In this document: piece after piece, positions 47,437 through 58,450 of the stretch | Layout of the letters: every line of letters begins with the position of its first letter | Position numbering within the stretch: position 1 is the stretch's first letter | Assembly: GCA_943787795.1 (NCBI GenBank) | Contig: CALSNU010000002.1 | Coordinates: forward strand, 352,001-416,000 | Reading direction: 5' to 3' | Origin: an uncultured bacterium | GTDB taxonomy: Bacteria > Planctomycetota > UBA1135 > GCA-002686595 | DNA: 64,000 bases | The notes under the pieces: generated by a model | Databases searched by the model: none | Told to the model about the DNA's origin: nothing | What the model saw: the letters and a program-made list of their open reading frames with translations, nothing else | Made by a program: the position numbers and the translations under genes

Positions 47437-49475
47437 ACGTCCGGCAACGCCAGCGTCGCATCGGGGGCCGCGTCGCCCTCGAGGGTCTGGAGCCCGTCGA
47501 ACCGGAGGAGCTGTCCGCTCGCGCGTTCAGCGACCCAGAGCGTGTCCCCATTCCAGGCAACATCGCCCGGGTCGTCGAGCTGGGTGCTGGGCCCGGCGAC
47601 CGTGGTCGCGACCGGGACGAGCCCGCTGGAGGTCCTGGCGGCCTCGATGACGTAGATCGCCCCGTCGCTCCCGCTCCCTGACGCTCCCCCCACGTCCGTG
47701 AGCACCAGCAGGTCTCGCTCTGCGTCGTGGACGATGCCGTGCAGGTCCGTCGAGACCTGCACCGCCCCGAGAGGGTCGCCAGGAGTGATCGTGCGATCCG
47801 GCAGGTCTCCGGGCACCGCGACGAAGTCCTCGTAGACGAAGACGGCGCCGCTGGAGCAGGCCACGTACAGGGTGTCGGACCCGAAGTCGTAGTCGAGCCC
47901 CTGGGGCACGTTGACCCCGGTGGAGAAGCCTGCAAGCAGGCGCCGCGTCGCGTTGGCGGCCGGGCCCGCGGTCTGGCCGAAGACCCAGATCCCCGGCAGC
48001 CCCACGTCCGCGATCAGCAGCAGGCCCTCCCGGTCGTCCACCTCGACCGCCACCGGCTGAACGATCGGGTCCGGGGGATCGAAGGGTCCAAGCACGTTCT
48101 GAACGAGCCGGTCCCGGGAGGGGTCAAAGGCCACATCCAGCGCCTCGCCCCGCTGCTTCGCGAAGCGATTGACCACCGCGACCCCGCCGGGATAGCCGAC
48201 GTAGGCGTCCCCGGCGACGTCGAGCGTGGCGAAGGTGATCGCCTGACCGACGTCGAAGGTCGCGACGGGAGGCGACTGGAGGTCGTCCGCCAGCCGGAAG
48301 AGGCTCCCGGTCCCCAGGGCAGGGCGGGTGGTCGCCACGAGGCCGGTGAGGGCCGTGGAAGGATCGTCCACGTCGCTCACGCCCGCGAGGCGGGGCGCAT
48401 CGATGGGCTCGATGACGATCCCGTTCGCGTTCTGGAGGGTGCTCACCAGGGCCGGGGTCGCCGCGAAGCGCGAAGGGGAGTCCAGAGGATTGAAGAGCGA
48501 GAGCCGGTCCGCGCTGGGATCGGCAACGCGCAGCCGACCGTCGGACGCGAGGACCAGGTCCGAGGGGTCCATGAGGCCGCTGGCGGGGTCGTTCATGACC
48601 AGCGCGGGGAGCGTCAGCCCGCTGGCCGTGGACGCGCCATCGATGAAGATCAGGGATCCGTCGACACCGGCGGCCTCTCCCTCGACGCCGATATCGCAGA
48701 CGATGAGCTGGTCGGCGAACCTGGCGGTGGTGTGGATGATCCCCCTCAGGCTCGTCCCCGAGGGGTCCACGCCGTTCTCCGAGGGGATGATGACGCGGCT
48801 AGGAGCCGCTGGCCTCGTCGCGAGGAAGTCGTCGAAGACCGCGATGGTGCCGTCCACGAGGGCGGCGTAGAGGCGGTCGGAGGGCTCGTCCAAGGCCACG
48901 TCCCACGCGGGGGCTGGGACGGCAGAGGTGAACGTGGGGGCCACATTCCCGGCTGCGGCGCTCCCCCAGACCTTGACCTCCGGGTCGCCTGCGTCCGCGA
49001 CGATCATGAACCCGGCGACCTGCGCCAGCTCCACCGCCTTCGGCTCCACGAGGGTCGTCTCGGAGGTCGCGCCGGGGTTGAACGGGTCGAACTTGAAGCC
49101 GAGGTCCCTGTCCCGGTCGAGGCGCAGGACGACGCTCTGGGTCGCCTGTGACCGGGCCCGCACGCGCCCGAGGATCCGCACCGTGGCAGGCAGGTCCGGC
49201 GTGTCAGAGGCCTGGAAGGCGTTCCCGAAGTAGTCGAGTACGAGGCCCTCATCAGCCTCACCGATGATGGAGAACGACCCCGACACGAAGTCCTTGTCCC
49301 CCCGCATGAGGGATCCCAGGAGGACCTGATCGCCCCCAAGTGTCACGAAGTCACGCTCGAAGCCGGCGTAGGTCGTCAGGGCCGCTCCGGAGTCCACCGG
49401 TGCGGGACCGCCGCCCCCACCACAAGCGGCGATGAGGGGCAGGGCGCAGAACGGGAGGAGAGGTGACTTTGCCAT
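47370..49475 (-). CDS. Large lipoprotein with an internally duplicated NHL/beta-propeller-like domain
   Basis: Start moved to ATG 49475. Lipobox LIAAC-GGGG. Two homologous halves: DRLYAA...VFDDF...LRGIIH...LIVCDIG...DGSL and DTLYVA...VYEDF...LHGIVH...LVLTDVG...DGAI. Confidence 0.75.
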   Translation of the reverse strand: MAKSPLLPFCALPLIAACGGGGGPAPVDSGAALTTYAGFERDFVTLGGDQVLLGSLMRGDKDFVSGSFSIIGEADEGLVLDYFGNAFQASDTPDLPATVRILGRVRARSQATQSVVLRLDRDRDLGFKFDPFNPGATSETTLVEPKAVELAQVAGFMIVADAGDPEVKVWGSAAAGNVAPTFTSAVPAPAWDVALDEPSDRLYAALVDGTIAVFDDFLATRPAAPSRVIIPSENGVDPSGTSLRGIIHTTARFADQLIVCDIGVEGEAAGVDGSLIFIDGASTASGLTLPALVMNDPASGLMDPSDLVLASDGRLRVADPSADRLSLFNPLDSPSRFAATPALVSTLQNANGIVIEPIDAPRLAGVSDVDDPSTALTGLVATTRPALGTGSLFRLADDLQSPPVATFDVGQAITFATLDVAGDAYVGYPGGVAVVNRFAKQRGEALDVAFDPSRDRLVQNVLGPFDPPDPIVQPVAVEVDDREGLLLIADVGLPGIWVFGQTAGPAANATRRLLAGFSTGVNVPQGLDYDFGSDTLYVACSSGAVFVYEDFVAVPGDLPDRTITPGDPLGAVQVSTDLHGIVHDAERDLLVLTDVGGASGSGSDGAIYVIEAARTSSGLVPVATTVAGPSTQLDDPGDVAWNGDTLWVAERASGQLLRFDGLQTLEGDAAPDATLALPDVYSVELNPEFLSPGAGGSITTD

Positions 49476-49752
49476 GGGGGGTCTGGGGCGCAGGCGGTCA
49501 GGGGATGGGGCCGTGATTCTGCAGGCCCCGTCCGCCCCGGTCGCGTGCCCCCGGGTCCCTTGAGCGAAGATTGATCGACGTCTAACCGCCCCCACACGGC
49601 GCAGGCTGCGGCGCGGCCCCTCGGGCTCCGCCCCACGACGAATCGAGAACCTCCCATGGGTGATAGATCGGTCTCGCGGGATCTGGTCTACTTGGGAAGT
49701 TTGGCCGACTCGGCTGAACACCGCGCCCCCCACCTCAGCCCCCAATCGCGCG

Positions 49753-52700
49753 ATGCCCCGTCGAGACGACCTCGAGTCGATTCTGATCATTGGAAGCGGA
49801 CCGATCATCATCGGTCAGGCCTGCGAATTCGACTACTCCGGCACCCAGGCCTGCAAGGCGCTGCGAGAGGAGGGATACCGGGTCATCCTGGTGAACTCCA
49901 ATCCGGCGACGATCATGACGGATCCGGAGATGGCCGATGCCACGTACATCGAGCCCATCACCCCCGAGGTCGTCGAGCGCATCCTCGAGAAGGAGAAGCC
50001 GGACGCTGTCCTGCCGACACTGGGCGGCCAGACCGCCCTCAACACGGCCCTCGCGCTCCACGACCGGGGCACCTTCGAGCGGCTGGGCATCGAGATGCTC
50101 GGCGCCGACGCCCACGTCATTCGCAAGGCCGAGGATCGCGACCTGTTCCGGGCTGCGATGACCAAGGCGGGCCTCGAGTCCGCGCGCTCGGGGATCGCCA
50201 ATGACCTGGACGACGCCCGCCGGGTCCTGGCCCAGATCGGCCTGCCCTGCGTCATCCGCCCCGCCTTCACCATGGGCGGCGCCGGCGGCGGCATCGCCTA
50301 CAACGTGGAGGAGTTCGAGGACATCGTCTCCCGCGGCCTCTCGCTCTCCATGAACTCCGAGGTCCTCGTGGAGGAGTCCCTGGTGGGCTGGAAGGAGTTC
50401 GAGATGGAGGTGATGCGCGACGGCAAGGACAACGTCGTCATCATCTGCTCCATCGAGAACCTCGACCCGATGGGCGTCCACACCGGCGACTCCATCACGG
50501 TTGCCCCGTCGCAGACCCTCACCGACCGCGAGTACCAGGCCCTGCGCAACGCGTCGATCACGATCATGCGCGAGATCGGGGTCGAGTGCGGCGGCTCCAA
50601 CTGCCAGTTCGCCATCGACCCCAAGTCGGGCCGCATCATCGTCATCGAGATGAACCCGCGGGTCTCGCGGTCGTCGCGCCCTGGCCTCGAAGGCGACCGG
50701 GTTCCCGATCGCCAAGATCGCCGCCAAGCTCGCCGTCGGGTACTCGCTCGACGAGCTCTCCAACGACATCACCCGGCAGACCCCGGCGTGCTTCGAGCCG
50801 ACGATCGACTACTGCGTCACCAAGATCCCGCGCTTCGCCTTCGAGAAGTTCCCGAGCGCGGACCCGACCCTCACCACGCAGATGAAGAGCGTGGGCGAGA
50901 CCATGGCCATCGGGCGGACCTTCAAGGAGTCGCTCCAGAAGGCTCTGCGTGGCCTCGAGACCGGCCTCGCCGGGTTCGGCCTCCATCCCAAGGCGCCGAT
51001 TGACTCAATCAACCCGCCGGCCCAGGACGAGCTGTCGCGCAAGCTCCGCGTCCCCAACGCCGAGCGCATGGTCTATCTGCGCGAGGCGTACCGCGCTGGC
51101 TGGAGCACCGAGGAGATCCACGAGGCCACCCACATCGACCCGTGGTTCCTGGAGAACATGCGTCAGCTCGTGGAGTTCGAGCAGGAGCTCGCTGGCTCCC
51201 TGCTCGACGAGCCCCTGCTGCGCCGCGCCAAGGAGCTACGGCTACAGCGACGCGCAGATCGCCCTGGCCGTCGGCACCGAGGCCCAGGCGGTTGAGGCCG
51301 CCCGGCGCGAATTCGGCATCGAGCGTGTCTACAAGCTCGTGGACACCTGCGCCGCAGAGTTCGAGGCCGTGACCCCGTACTACTACTCGACCTATGAGCG
51401 GGAGACCGAGGTCCGCACCAGCGACACCGAGAAGATCATGATCCTCGGGGGCGGTCCCGAACCGGATCGGCCAGGGGATCGAGTTCGACTACTGCTGCGT
51501 GCACGCCGCCTTCGCGGCCCAGGAGATCGGGTACGAGGCCGTGATGGTCAACTCGAACCCCGAGACCGTCTCCACGGACTACGACACCTCGGACCACCTG
51601 TTCTTCGAGCCGCTGACCCACGAGGACGTCATGAGCATCGTCCACGCGGTGCAAGCCCAAGGGGATCATCGTGCAGTTCGGAGGCCAGACGCCGCTGAAC
51701 CTCGCGAGCAGCCTCGAGAAGGCCGGCGCCCCCCTGATCGGCACGTCGGTGGACTCCATCGACCGAGCCGAGGACCGGGAGCGGTTCCAGAAGGTGCTCG
51801 CCGACCTGGGGCTGCGCCAACCGCCCAACGGGATCGCCAAGAGCGTTGGCGAGGCCTTCGAGGTCGCTCGCACCATCGGGTACCCCGTGCTGGTCCGCCC
51901 CAGCTACGTGCTGGGCGGCCGCGCCATGGAAATCGTCTACGACGACGAGGCCCTCGACCGCTACATGACCCACGCCGTCCAGGCCTCGCCGGACAAGCCC
52001 ATCCTCGTGGACAAGTTCCTCCAGGACGCCATCGAGGTGGACGTCGATTGCATCTCTGACGGCCACCAGGTGGTCCTGGGCGCGATCATGGAGCACATCG
52101 AGGAGGCCGGGATCCACTCCGGCGATTCCGCCTGCGTGCTGCCGCCGTACACCCTCTCCGACGCCCTCCAGGAGGAGATCTCACGGGCCACCAAGGCCAT
52201 GGCCAAGGAGCTCGGGGTCATCGGCCTCATGAACGTGCAGTACGCCGTGAAGGACGGCGACGTCTACGTCATCGAGGTCAACCCGCGGGCATCGCGTACG
52301 GTCCCCTTCGTGGCGAAGGCCATCGGCGTCCCGCTCGCGAAGCTCGCCGCCAAGGTCATGATGGGCAAGACTCTCGATGAGCTCGGCTTCACCGAGGAGG
52401 TCACCCCGAAGCGCTTCAATGTGAAGGTGCCGGTGTTCCCGTTCAACAAGTTCCCCGGCACGGACATGCTCCTGTCGCCCGAGATGCGCTCCACCGGCGA
52501 GGTCATGGGCTCGGACACCGAGCTCGGTTACGCCCTCGCGAAGGCCTACGAGGCGGCGGGCATGCGCCTCCCCCTGCGCGGCCGCGTCCTCCTGACCGTC
52601 AAGGACGGGGACAAGCGCGCCATCGTCTCCGAGGCTCGGACCCTGGCCCAGCTCGGCTACGAGCTGCTGGCTACGGGCGGCACCTGGCGGGCCCTGCGCG

Positions 52701-53005
52701 CCGCGGGGCTCCCGGTCGAGCGCATCAACAAGGTGCATGAGGGGCGACCGCACATCGTGGACGCCATCAAGAACGGGACCATCGACATGGTCTTCAACAC
52801 ACCGTCGGGCATCGGCTCGCGGCACGACGACACCTATATCCGCTCCAGCTCCATCACCCAGGGCATCCCCTGCGTGACGACTATCTCGGGGATCCAGGCC
52901 GTCGTCAGCGCCCTGAACGCCCTCCACCAGGGGCCGATCAGCGTGCGCCCAATCCAGGAGGGCCGCCCCGCCGCGGCTCCCACCAACGTCCCGGCCGCGA
53001 AGTAA
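49753..53005 (+). CDS. carB: Carbamoyl-phosphate synthase large subunit; four apparent +1 frameshifts (about 50677, 51234, 51457, 51654)
   Basis: MPRRDDL...[74 protein letters not shown] and the MGS domain are spread over five successive frames. Confidence 0.93.
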
Positions 53006-53031
53006 TCAGCGCAGGCCGCCTAAGACGAAGA

Positions 53032-53068
53032 GCGCGCGCGGGGTCGGTCCAACCGGCCCCGCGCGCGC
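53032..53068. terminator. Hairpin between convergent carB and protease genes
   Basis: GCGCGCGCGGGGTCGGT-cca-ACCGGCCCCGCGCGCGC, a 17-bp stem with one G-U pair. Confidence 0.65.
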
Positions 53069-53086
53069 GTTCACATCACCCTTCGA

Positions 53087-54850
53087 TCACTGAACGAGGA
53101 CGTCGTCCACGTAGCCCCGCTCGTTCTTGCGGTTGGCGTTGGTGTCGAACGTGATCTCCACCGCGCCGCTCACTCCGGTGAGCGTGACGGACTCGCTCCC
53201 CCAGCTTGTGCTGCTGTAGCTCACGACCTGTGGTCCGCCGGCGCCTCCGGTGATGGTGGCCTGAAGCCGCTCACCGCTGTCGTACCCGCTGGTGCGCCAC
53301 GCCCAGCTGACGGTGACCTCCGTCGCCCCGGTGCTCACCGAGGTGGCGATCGCCGTGGACTTGCGAAGTTCGGCCGCATAGGTCCCAGTGAGCGAGTTCG
53401 TGCCGACCCGCGCGTCGTTGTTCTGACGAGACCAGTTGGCGAACGTCCCGGACTCGAAGCCGTCGGCGAAGATCACGCCGCCTCCTCCACCGCCGCCGCC
53501 GCCGCCGGCAGCGGTCGTGAAGCTCCAGCTGGAGCCTCCGGTGACGCCGTTGGCGTTCTCGGAATCCACGCGCCAGTAGTACGTGGTGCCGTCCGCCAGC
53601 GTCCCGGGGTCATAGGACGTCCCGGACTGGTTGGAGGAAACGAGGGGCGGGTTCGTGGACGATCCGAAGTACACGTCGTACTGGGTCGCGCCGTTCGCGC
53701 TCGCCCAGGAGAGCGTGGTCGAGGCGGCCACGTCCGTGGCGCCGCTCGACGGCGTGCCGCCAGCTACCTGGTCCGGCGCTGTACCGCCGCCGCCTCCGCC
53801 GCCACCGTTCTCCCAGGTGGTGAGGTTCACTCGCCAGTTCTCCAGCGTGCAGCGCATGCGCAGCGACTGGTCCAGGGAGAAGTGATCCATGCACGCGTCC
53901 TCGGAGTAGTCCATGAAGTTGCGAACCGGGTCCGGGCTCCCGCAGGTGGCACGCTCCGTCGAGGAGCAGGCCGAGTAGTTGGGCGAGCTCTCGGGGTTGG
54001 TATCGCAGCAGAGGTCTCCGCTGGCGTAGCAGTTGCTCGTGCCGCACCCACCCTGGAACGTGTGCTGGAGGCCCAGGTAGTGACCCACCTCGTGAGTCCC
54101 TGTGCGCCCCAAGTCATAGGGGGAGTAGTTGGTGTAACCAACGGCGCGCCACAGGAGCCGGACTCCGTCGAAGTCGGAACCCACAACGCCCCCGCCGTTA
54201 GGGAGGTAGGCGTAGCCCAGGTTCCCGCCGGCCGTGTTGGTGTAGATGTTGAGGTAGCGCGTTGTGTCCCACCCGATCGTGGACGCGTAGCTCCCGCGGT
54301 CGTTGTACCAGCTCTTGCTCCGGTGCCTGGTGATCCCCGTGGTCGCGTTGCCACTGGGGTCGATCGTGGCGAGGTGGAACTGGATCTTGGAGTTGGTCAG
54401 GGCGGCGAAGTCCGCGTTCAGGATCGCCACCTGCTCGAAGATGCGCGCGTCCGGGATGTTCCCGGTGCCGTTGTTCGAATAGAGCACGTGGAACACGACC
54501 GGGATGTCATAGACGACAGCCGCCGAGCCCGACGGGTCGTACCCCGGATTGGGCACCGTCACCGAGTTCGTGCAGTCACTCTGGGAGCCGATGAAGGCCA
54601 CCGACGGCGGCATGTTCAGCGCGTCGATACCGCAGCGCTTGCCGTTCCTCATGAAGAACGGAGACGCGAGGTACTCGTCCCAGTCGGCGAAGAGGTAGGT
54701 GCCCTGGATGTCATGGGCGAGGATGGAACCGTCCTCGAGCTCCGTGACAGAGTTGCGCTGGGTCGGTGAGCTTTGGTTCTGCTGTGCAGAAACAGGAACG
54801 GCGAGCAGGAGAACTGCCGCCGCCCCCATTGCGAGCGTGTGTTGGATCAT
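53087..54850 (-). CDS. Secreted M43 zinc metalloprotease with an FN3-like domain and a C-terminal beta-sandwich domain
   Basis: Start moved to ATG 54850 (signal peptide ending VSA/Q). KRCG pro-domain Cys, IPVVFHV, HEVGHYLGLQHTF, NFMDY; poly-Gly linkers; LSW...YDVYFG...TYYWRVD...WSFTT; IFADGFESG...YVDDV. Confidence 0.9.
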   Translation of the reverse strand: MIQHTLAMGAAAVLLLAVPVSAQQNQSSPTQRNSVTELEDGSILAHDIQGTYLFADWDEYLASPFFMRNGKRCGIDALNMPPSVAFIGSQSDCTNSVTVPNPGYDPSGSAAVVYDIPVVFHVLYSNNGTGNIPDARIFEQVAILNADFAALTNSKIQFHLATIDPSGNATTGITRHRSKSWYNDRGSYASTIGWDTTRYLNIYTNTAGGNLGYAYLPNGGGVVGSDFDGVRLLWRAVGYTNYSPYDLGRTGTHEVGHYLGLQHTFQGGCGTSNCYASGDLCCDTNPESSPNYSACSSTERATCGSPDPVRNFMDYSEDACMDHFSLDQSLRMRCTLENWRVNLTTWENGGGGGGGGTAPDQVAGGTPSSGATDVAASTTLSWASANGATQYDVYFGSSTNPPLVSSNQSGTSYDPGTLADGTTYYWRVDSENANGVTGGSSWSFTTAAGGGGGGGGGGVIFADGFESGTFANWSRQNNDARVGTNSLTGTYAAELRKSTAIATSVSTGATEVTVSWAWRTSGYDSGERLQATITGGAGGPQVVSYSSTSWGSESVTLTGVSGAVEITFDTNANRKNERGYVDDVLVQ

Positions 54851-55062
54851 GGCTTCTGGACGTAAGGAGTCTCGGCAGGCAGTCCGAAGAGCCGGGTGCC
54901 TCAAACACGAGGCTATACGCGACCCTCGATTCCAAGAAGGTCCGGTCTCAATGAATGAGAGAAGCGCCGGGCTCGCCGCCACCTTGTGCCCCAGAGGAGC
55001 CCTATGGCGAGCCCGGGGTGTCCGACCCTGGGGCACGGGAGCCCCTGCGTACACTCAGGCCC

Positions 55063-55845
55063 ATGAAGACCTTCCGCAAGGCCCTCGTGACGGGCGCCTC
55101 CTCGGGGCTGGGTCGCGCGATCTGCAAGGAACTCGCAGCTCGTGGGACCGAGGTCGTCGCCTGCGCGAGGCGGGCTGACCTACTGGGAGATCTGGTTCGA
55201 GAGCTCGAGGCCGCGGGCGCCACGGCCTCTGCGGTCCCCCTCGATGTGACGAGTCCTGACGCCGTGCGCGAGGCGGTGGCCTCGGCGGCCGCGGACGGTC
55301 CGCTGGACCTCGTCCTGGCCGGCGCTGGGGTGGCCGAGCACTCCGTGGAGGCCCCTGATCGCGCGACGAGGACGCTGCGACTGCTGGACGTCAACCTCGG
55401 TGGAGCGGTCACCACGGTCGAGGCCGGGATCGACGCCATGGCCCAGAGCGGCGGCACGGTCGGGGTCCTCTCCAGCCTCGCCGGGACTCGAGGCCTCCCG
55501 GGCGCGGCCGCCTACTGTGCGAGCAAGGCTGCGATCTCGACCTACCTGGAGGCTCGCCAGATCGAGCTGGCAGGACGGCCCGTCCGGCTCGTCGATGTCC
55601 AGCCCGGGTTCGTCAAGACCCCGATGACCGCGCCCAACCGATTCCCGATGCCCTTCCTGATGGACGTCGAGGACGCCGCCCGGCGCACGGTCGAAGGCCT
55701 GGCAGCGGGCCGCTCCGTCGTCACCTACCCCAGGCGGCTCGGCTGGCCGCTCCGGGTCGTGGCGCGGGTCGCGCCGCGGGGGCTGTGGCGGAGGCTGCTC
55801 GCCCAAGAAGCCCAGCGCGGCAACGGCGGTCCAGCCGAGGGCTAG
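55063..55845 (+). CDS. Short-chain dehydrogenase/reductase
   Basis: Start moved to ATG 55063; TGASSGLG, SSLAG, YCASK, PGFVKTPMT. Confidence 0.92.
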   Translation: MKTFRKALVTGASSGLGRAICKELAARGTEVVACARRADLLGDLVRELEAAGATASAVPLDVTSPDAVREAVASAAADGPLDLVLAGAGVAEHSVEAPDRATRTLRLLDVNLGGAVTTVEAGIDAMAQSGGTVGVLSSLAGTRGLPGAAAYCASKAAISTYLEARQIELAGRPVRLVDVQPGFVKTPMTAPNRFPMPFLMDVEDAARRTVEGLAAGRSVVTYPRRLGWPLRVVARVAPRGLWRRLLAQEAQRGNGGPAEG

Positions 55846-56678
55846 CCCTCCAGGAGCCTGTCGAGGGCGTCGATTGTCTTCTCCGGCCGGAAGAGGAGCC
55901 ACTCGTGGCTGTTCTCCTCCTCCAGCACCTCGAGCTCGACCCGGTCGAAGGCCTGGAGCAGCCCGCCCTCGATGCCCGCGTGCGCAGGATAGAACTCGTC
56001 CCCGCACCCATAGAGCACCCGGACGAGCGGGGAGGTCCCCGCTCCGTCCCTGACCCAGCGGGCGAGGCGCTCGTACCGGAAGGCTCGCAGCCCACCGATC
56101 AGCTCGAAGGCCGGTCGCGGCCTGCTCAGCCAGTTCCGATAGAAGCGGCCGGCCCCCTCGGAGAGCACGGCCCGGGCCGTGGCGCCGTCTCCCGCCAAGC
56201 CGAGGAACATCTTCGTGTTCATCCACGCCGAGCGGAGCATGAAGGTGACCGGGGCGCTCGAGGACGGCTGGACGGGGTTGATCGCCAGCACCGCCGAGGG
56301 CCCCGGCTCCAGCCTTGCGAGGGTATAGCTGACCGCGGCCCCCGTGGAGTGGCCGAAGACCGGCGCGCCCGGGGTCAGAAGCCCGTCGCCGATCAGCCGC
56401 TCCACCGTCCGCGCCGCGAGGGCTGCGCAGGACCAGAAGTGGCGCGGCGGGGTCTGCAGGCCGTTGTTGCCGAACAGGAAGGGCGCGACGACCCGCCAGC
56501 CCCGGCTCCCGGCCTCCTCGAGCACCAGCCGGTAATCCAGCGGGTGGCGGGCATAACCGTGCAGGAACAGAACGTCGCGCGGCGCCGCAGCACCCTCGCC
56601 CTGCGCGGGCTCCACGACCGTCACCGGCACGGACTCACCGCGAACGCGCAGCGTGATGTGGGTCGTGGATGTCATCAC
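55842..56678 (-). CDS. Alpha/beta hydrolase
   Basis: LFLHGY, GHSTGA nucleophile elbow, YGCGDEF, SHEW. Confidence 0.82.
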   Translation of the reverse strand: MMTSTTHITLRVRGESVPVTVVEPAQGEGAAAPRDVLFLHGYARHPLDYRLVLEEAGSRGWRVVAPFLFGNNGLQTPPRHFWSCAALAARTVERLIGDGLLTPGAPVFGHSTGAAVSYTLARLEPGPSAVLAINPVQPSSSAPVTFMLRSAWMNTKMFLGLAGDGATARAVLSEGAGRFYRNWLSRPRPAFELIGGLRAFRYERLARWVRDGAGTSPLVRVLYGCGDEFYPAHAGIEGGLLQAFDRVELEVLEEENSHEWLLFRPEKTIDALDRLLEG

Positions 56679-56827
56679 AGAGGAAGACGATAGCGGACCG
56701 GCGCTCAGTCCCTTGCAACCAGACGCCGTGGCGGGTCTCCTTCTTGGGTCCGAATGGCCGCCGCGACCTGCTCGTCCCGGCTCGAGGCCCTCCTTTGAGA
56801 CCCTGACTCGGCATCCAACCGACTCGT

Positions 56828-58438
56828 ATGAACCTCGGAATCCCCAAGGAATCCCACCCCGGCGAACGCCGCGTGGCCGCCTCTCCGGCCGCCGCGAAGC
56901 GCTTCGTAGAGCTCGGCTTCGACGTCACCGTCGAGGCCGGCGCCGGCGATGGCGCGTCCTACCCTGACTCGGCCTACGAGTCCATCGGCGCCAAGATCGG
57001 CAGCGCGGAAGACGCGTTCGGCGCGGACGTCATCCTGAAGGTCCGCGCACCGCAGGACGCAGACGGCGCTCGCGAGCTCGACCTCATCCGTGAGGGCGCG
57101 ACTCTGGTGAGCTACGTCTTCCCCGCCCAGAACGAGGACCTCGTTGCGGACCTCAAGGCGCGCAAGATCACGACCCTGGCCATGGACTGCGTGCCCCGCA
57201 TCACGCGCGCCCAGAAGGTCGATTCGCTCAGCTCGATGGCCAACATCGCTGGCTATCGCGCGGTGATCGAGGCGGCCAACGAGTTTGGCAGCTTCTTCAC
57301 CGGGCAATTCACCGCCGCGGGCAAGGTCCCGCCGGCCAAGGTGCTGGTCATCGGCGCGGGCGTCGCCGGGCTCTCCGCGATCGGCGCGGCCCGCGGCCTC
57401 GGCGCCATCGTCCGCGCGTTCGATACGCGCGAGTCGGTTCGCGACCAGATCAAGAGCCTCGGCGGCGAGTTCCTCACCGTCGAGATCGAGGAGAGCGGCG
57501 AGGGCGGCGGCGGCTACGCGAAGACGATGAGCAAGGAGTTCATCGACGCCGAGATGGCCCTCTTCCGTGAGCAGGCCAAGGAGGTCGACATCGTCATCAC
57601 GACGGCGCTGATCCCCGGCAAGCCCGCCCCCAAGCTCTGGCTCAAGGACATGGTCGAGGCCATGAAGCCCGGCTCGGTGGTCGTCGACCTTGCCGCGGAG
57701 CAGGGTGGCAACTGTGAGGTGACCGAGCCCGGCGCCCGCGCCGTCCACTCGGGCGTGAAAATCCTCGGCTACACCGACATGCCGAGTCGCATGGCGAACG
57801 TGGCCAGCGACCTGTACGGCACGAACCTGGGGCACCTGCTCGACGAGCTCGGCGGCGCGGGCTCGTTCTCGGTGGACCTCGAGAACGACATCATCCGCGG
57901 CGCCATCGTCACCCACGATGGCGAGATCCTCTGGCCGCCCCCGGCGGCCCCCGAGCCCTCACCCGCCGCCAAGCCGGCGCCCAAGCCCGCCGTAGAGCCG
58001 GCACCCAAGCCCGCGGCGGCGGCGGCTCCGAAGGCCGATGCCCCGGCGGCGACCTCGGAGGGCAGCGGCTTCTCACGCAAGGCGCTCATCGGCGTGGCCC
58101 TCACGGCCCTTTGGCTCTGGCTCCGCTTCGGGAGCGGGGCCAGCGACGCCGTCGGCGAGACCGAGAGCGAGTTCCTGCAGCACGTGACGGTCTTCATCCT
58201 GGCCTGCTTCGTCGGCTGGCAGGTCATCTGGAGCGTCACCGCGGCGCTCCACACCCCGCTCATGAGCGTCACGAACGCCATCAGCGGCATCATCGTCGTG
58301 GGCGGCCTCGTGCTCGCCACCGACGAGGTCCCCCAGACCGCCGCGATCATCGGTGCCGTCGCCATCCTCTTCGCCACGATCAACATCGTCGGCGGCTTCA
58401 TGGTCACGCGGCGCATGCTGCGGATGTTCAACAAGTAG
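56828..58438 (+). CDS. pntA: NAD(P) transhydrogenase subunit alpha
   Basis: GIPKE...[37 protein letters not shown], and the membrane part [15 protein letters not shown]. Confidence 0.96.
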   Translation: MNLGIPKESHPGERRVAASPAAAKRFVELGFDVTVEAGAGDGASYPDSAYESIGAKIGSAEDAFGADVILKVRAPQDADGARELDLIREGATLVSYVFPAQNEDLVADLKARKITTLAMDCVPRITRAQKVDSLSSMANIAGYRAVIEAANEFGSFFTGQFTAAGKVPPAKVLVIGAGVAGLSAIGAARGLGAIVRAFDTRESVRDQIKSLGGEFLTVEIEESGEGGGGYAKTMSKEFIDAEMALFREQAKEVDIVITTALIPGKPAPKLWLKDMVEAMKPGSVVVDLAAEQGGNCEVTEPGARAVHSGVKILGYTDMPSRMANVASDLYGTNLGHLLDELGGAGSFSVDLENDIIRGAIVTHDGEILWPPPAAPEPSPAAKPAPKPAVEPAPKPAAAAAPKADAPAATSEGSGFSRKALIGVALTALWLWLRFGSGASDAVGETESEFLQHVTVFILACFVGWQVIWSVTAALHTPLMSVTNAISGIIVVGGLVLATDEVPQTAAIIGAVAILFATINIVGGFMVTRRMLRMFNK

Positions 58439-58450
58439 CGCGCCAGCACC

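Noticed and set aside
50670..51660. Programmed ribosomal frameshifting in carB
   Set aside because: Four separate shifts would be needed and there are no slippery heptamers; sequencing insertion errors are far more parsimonious.
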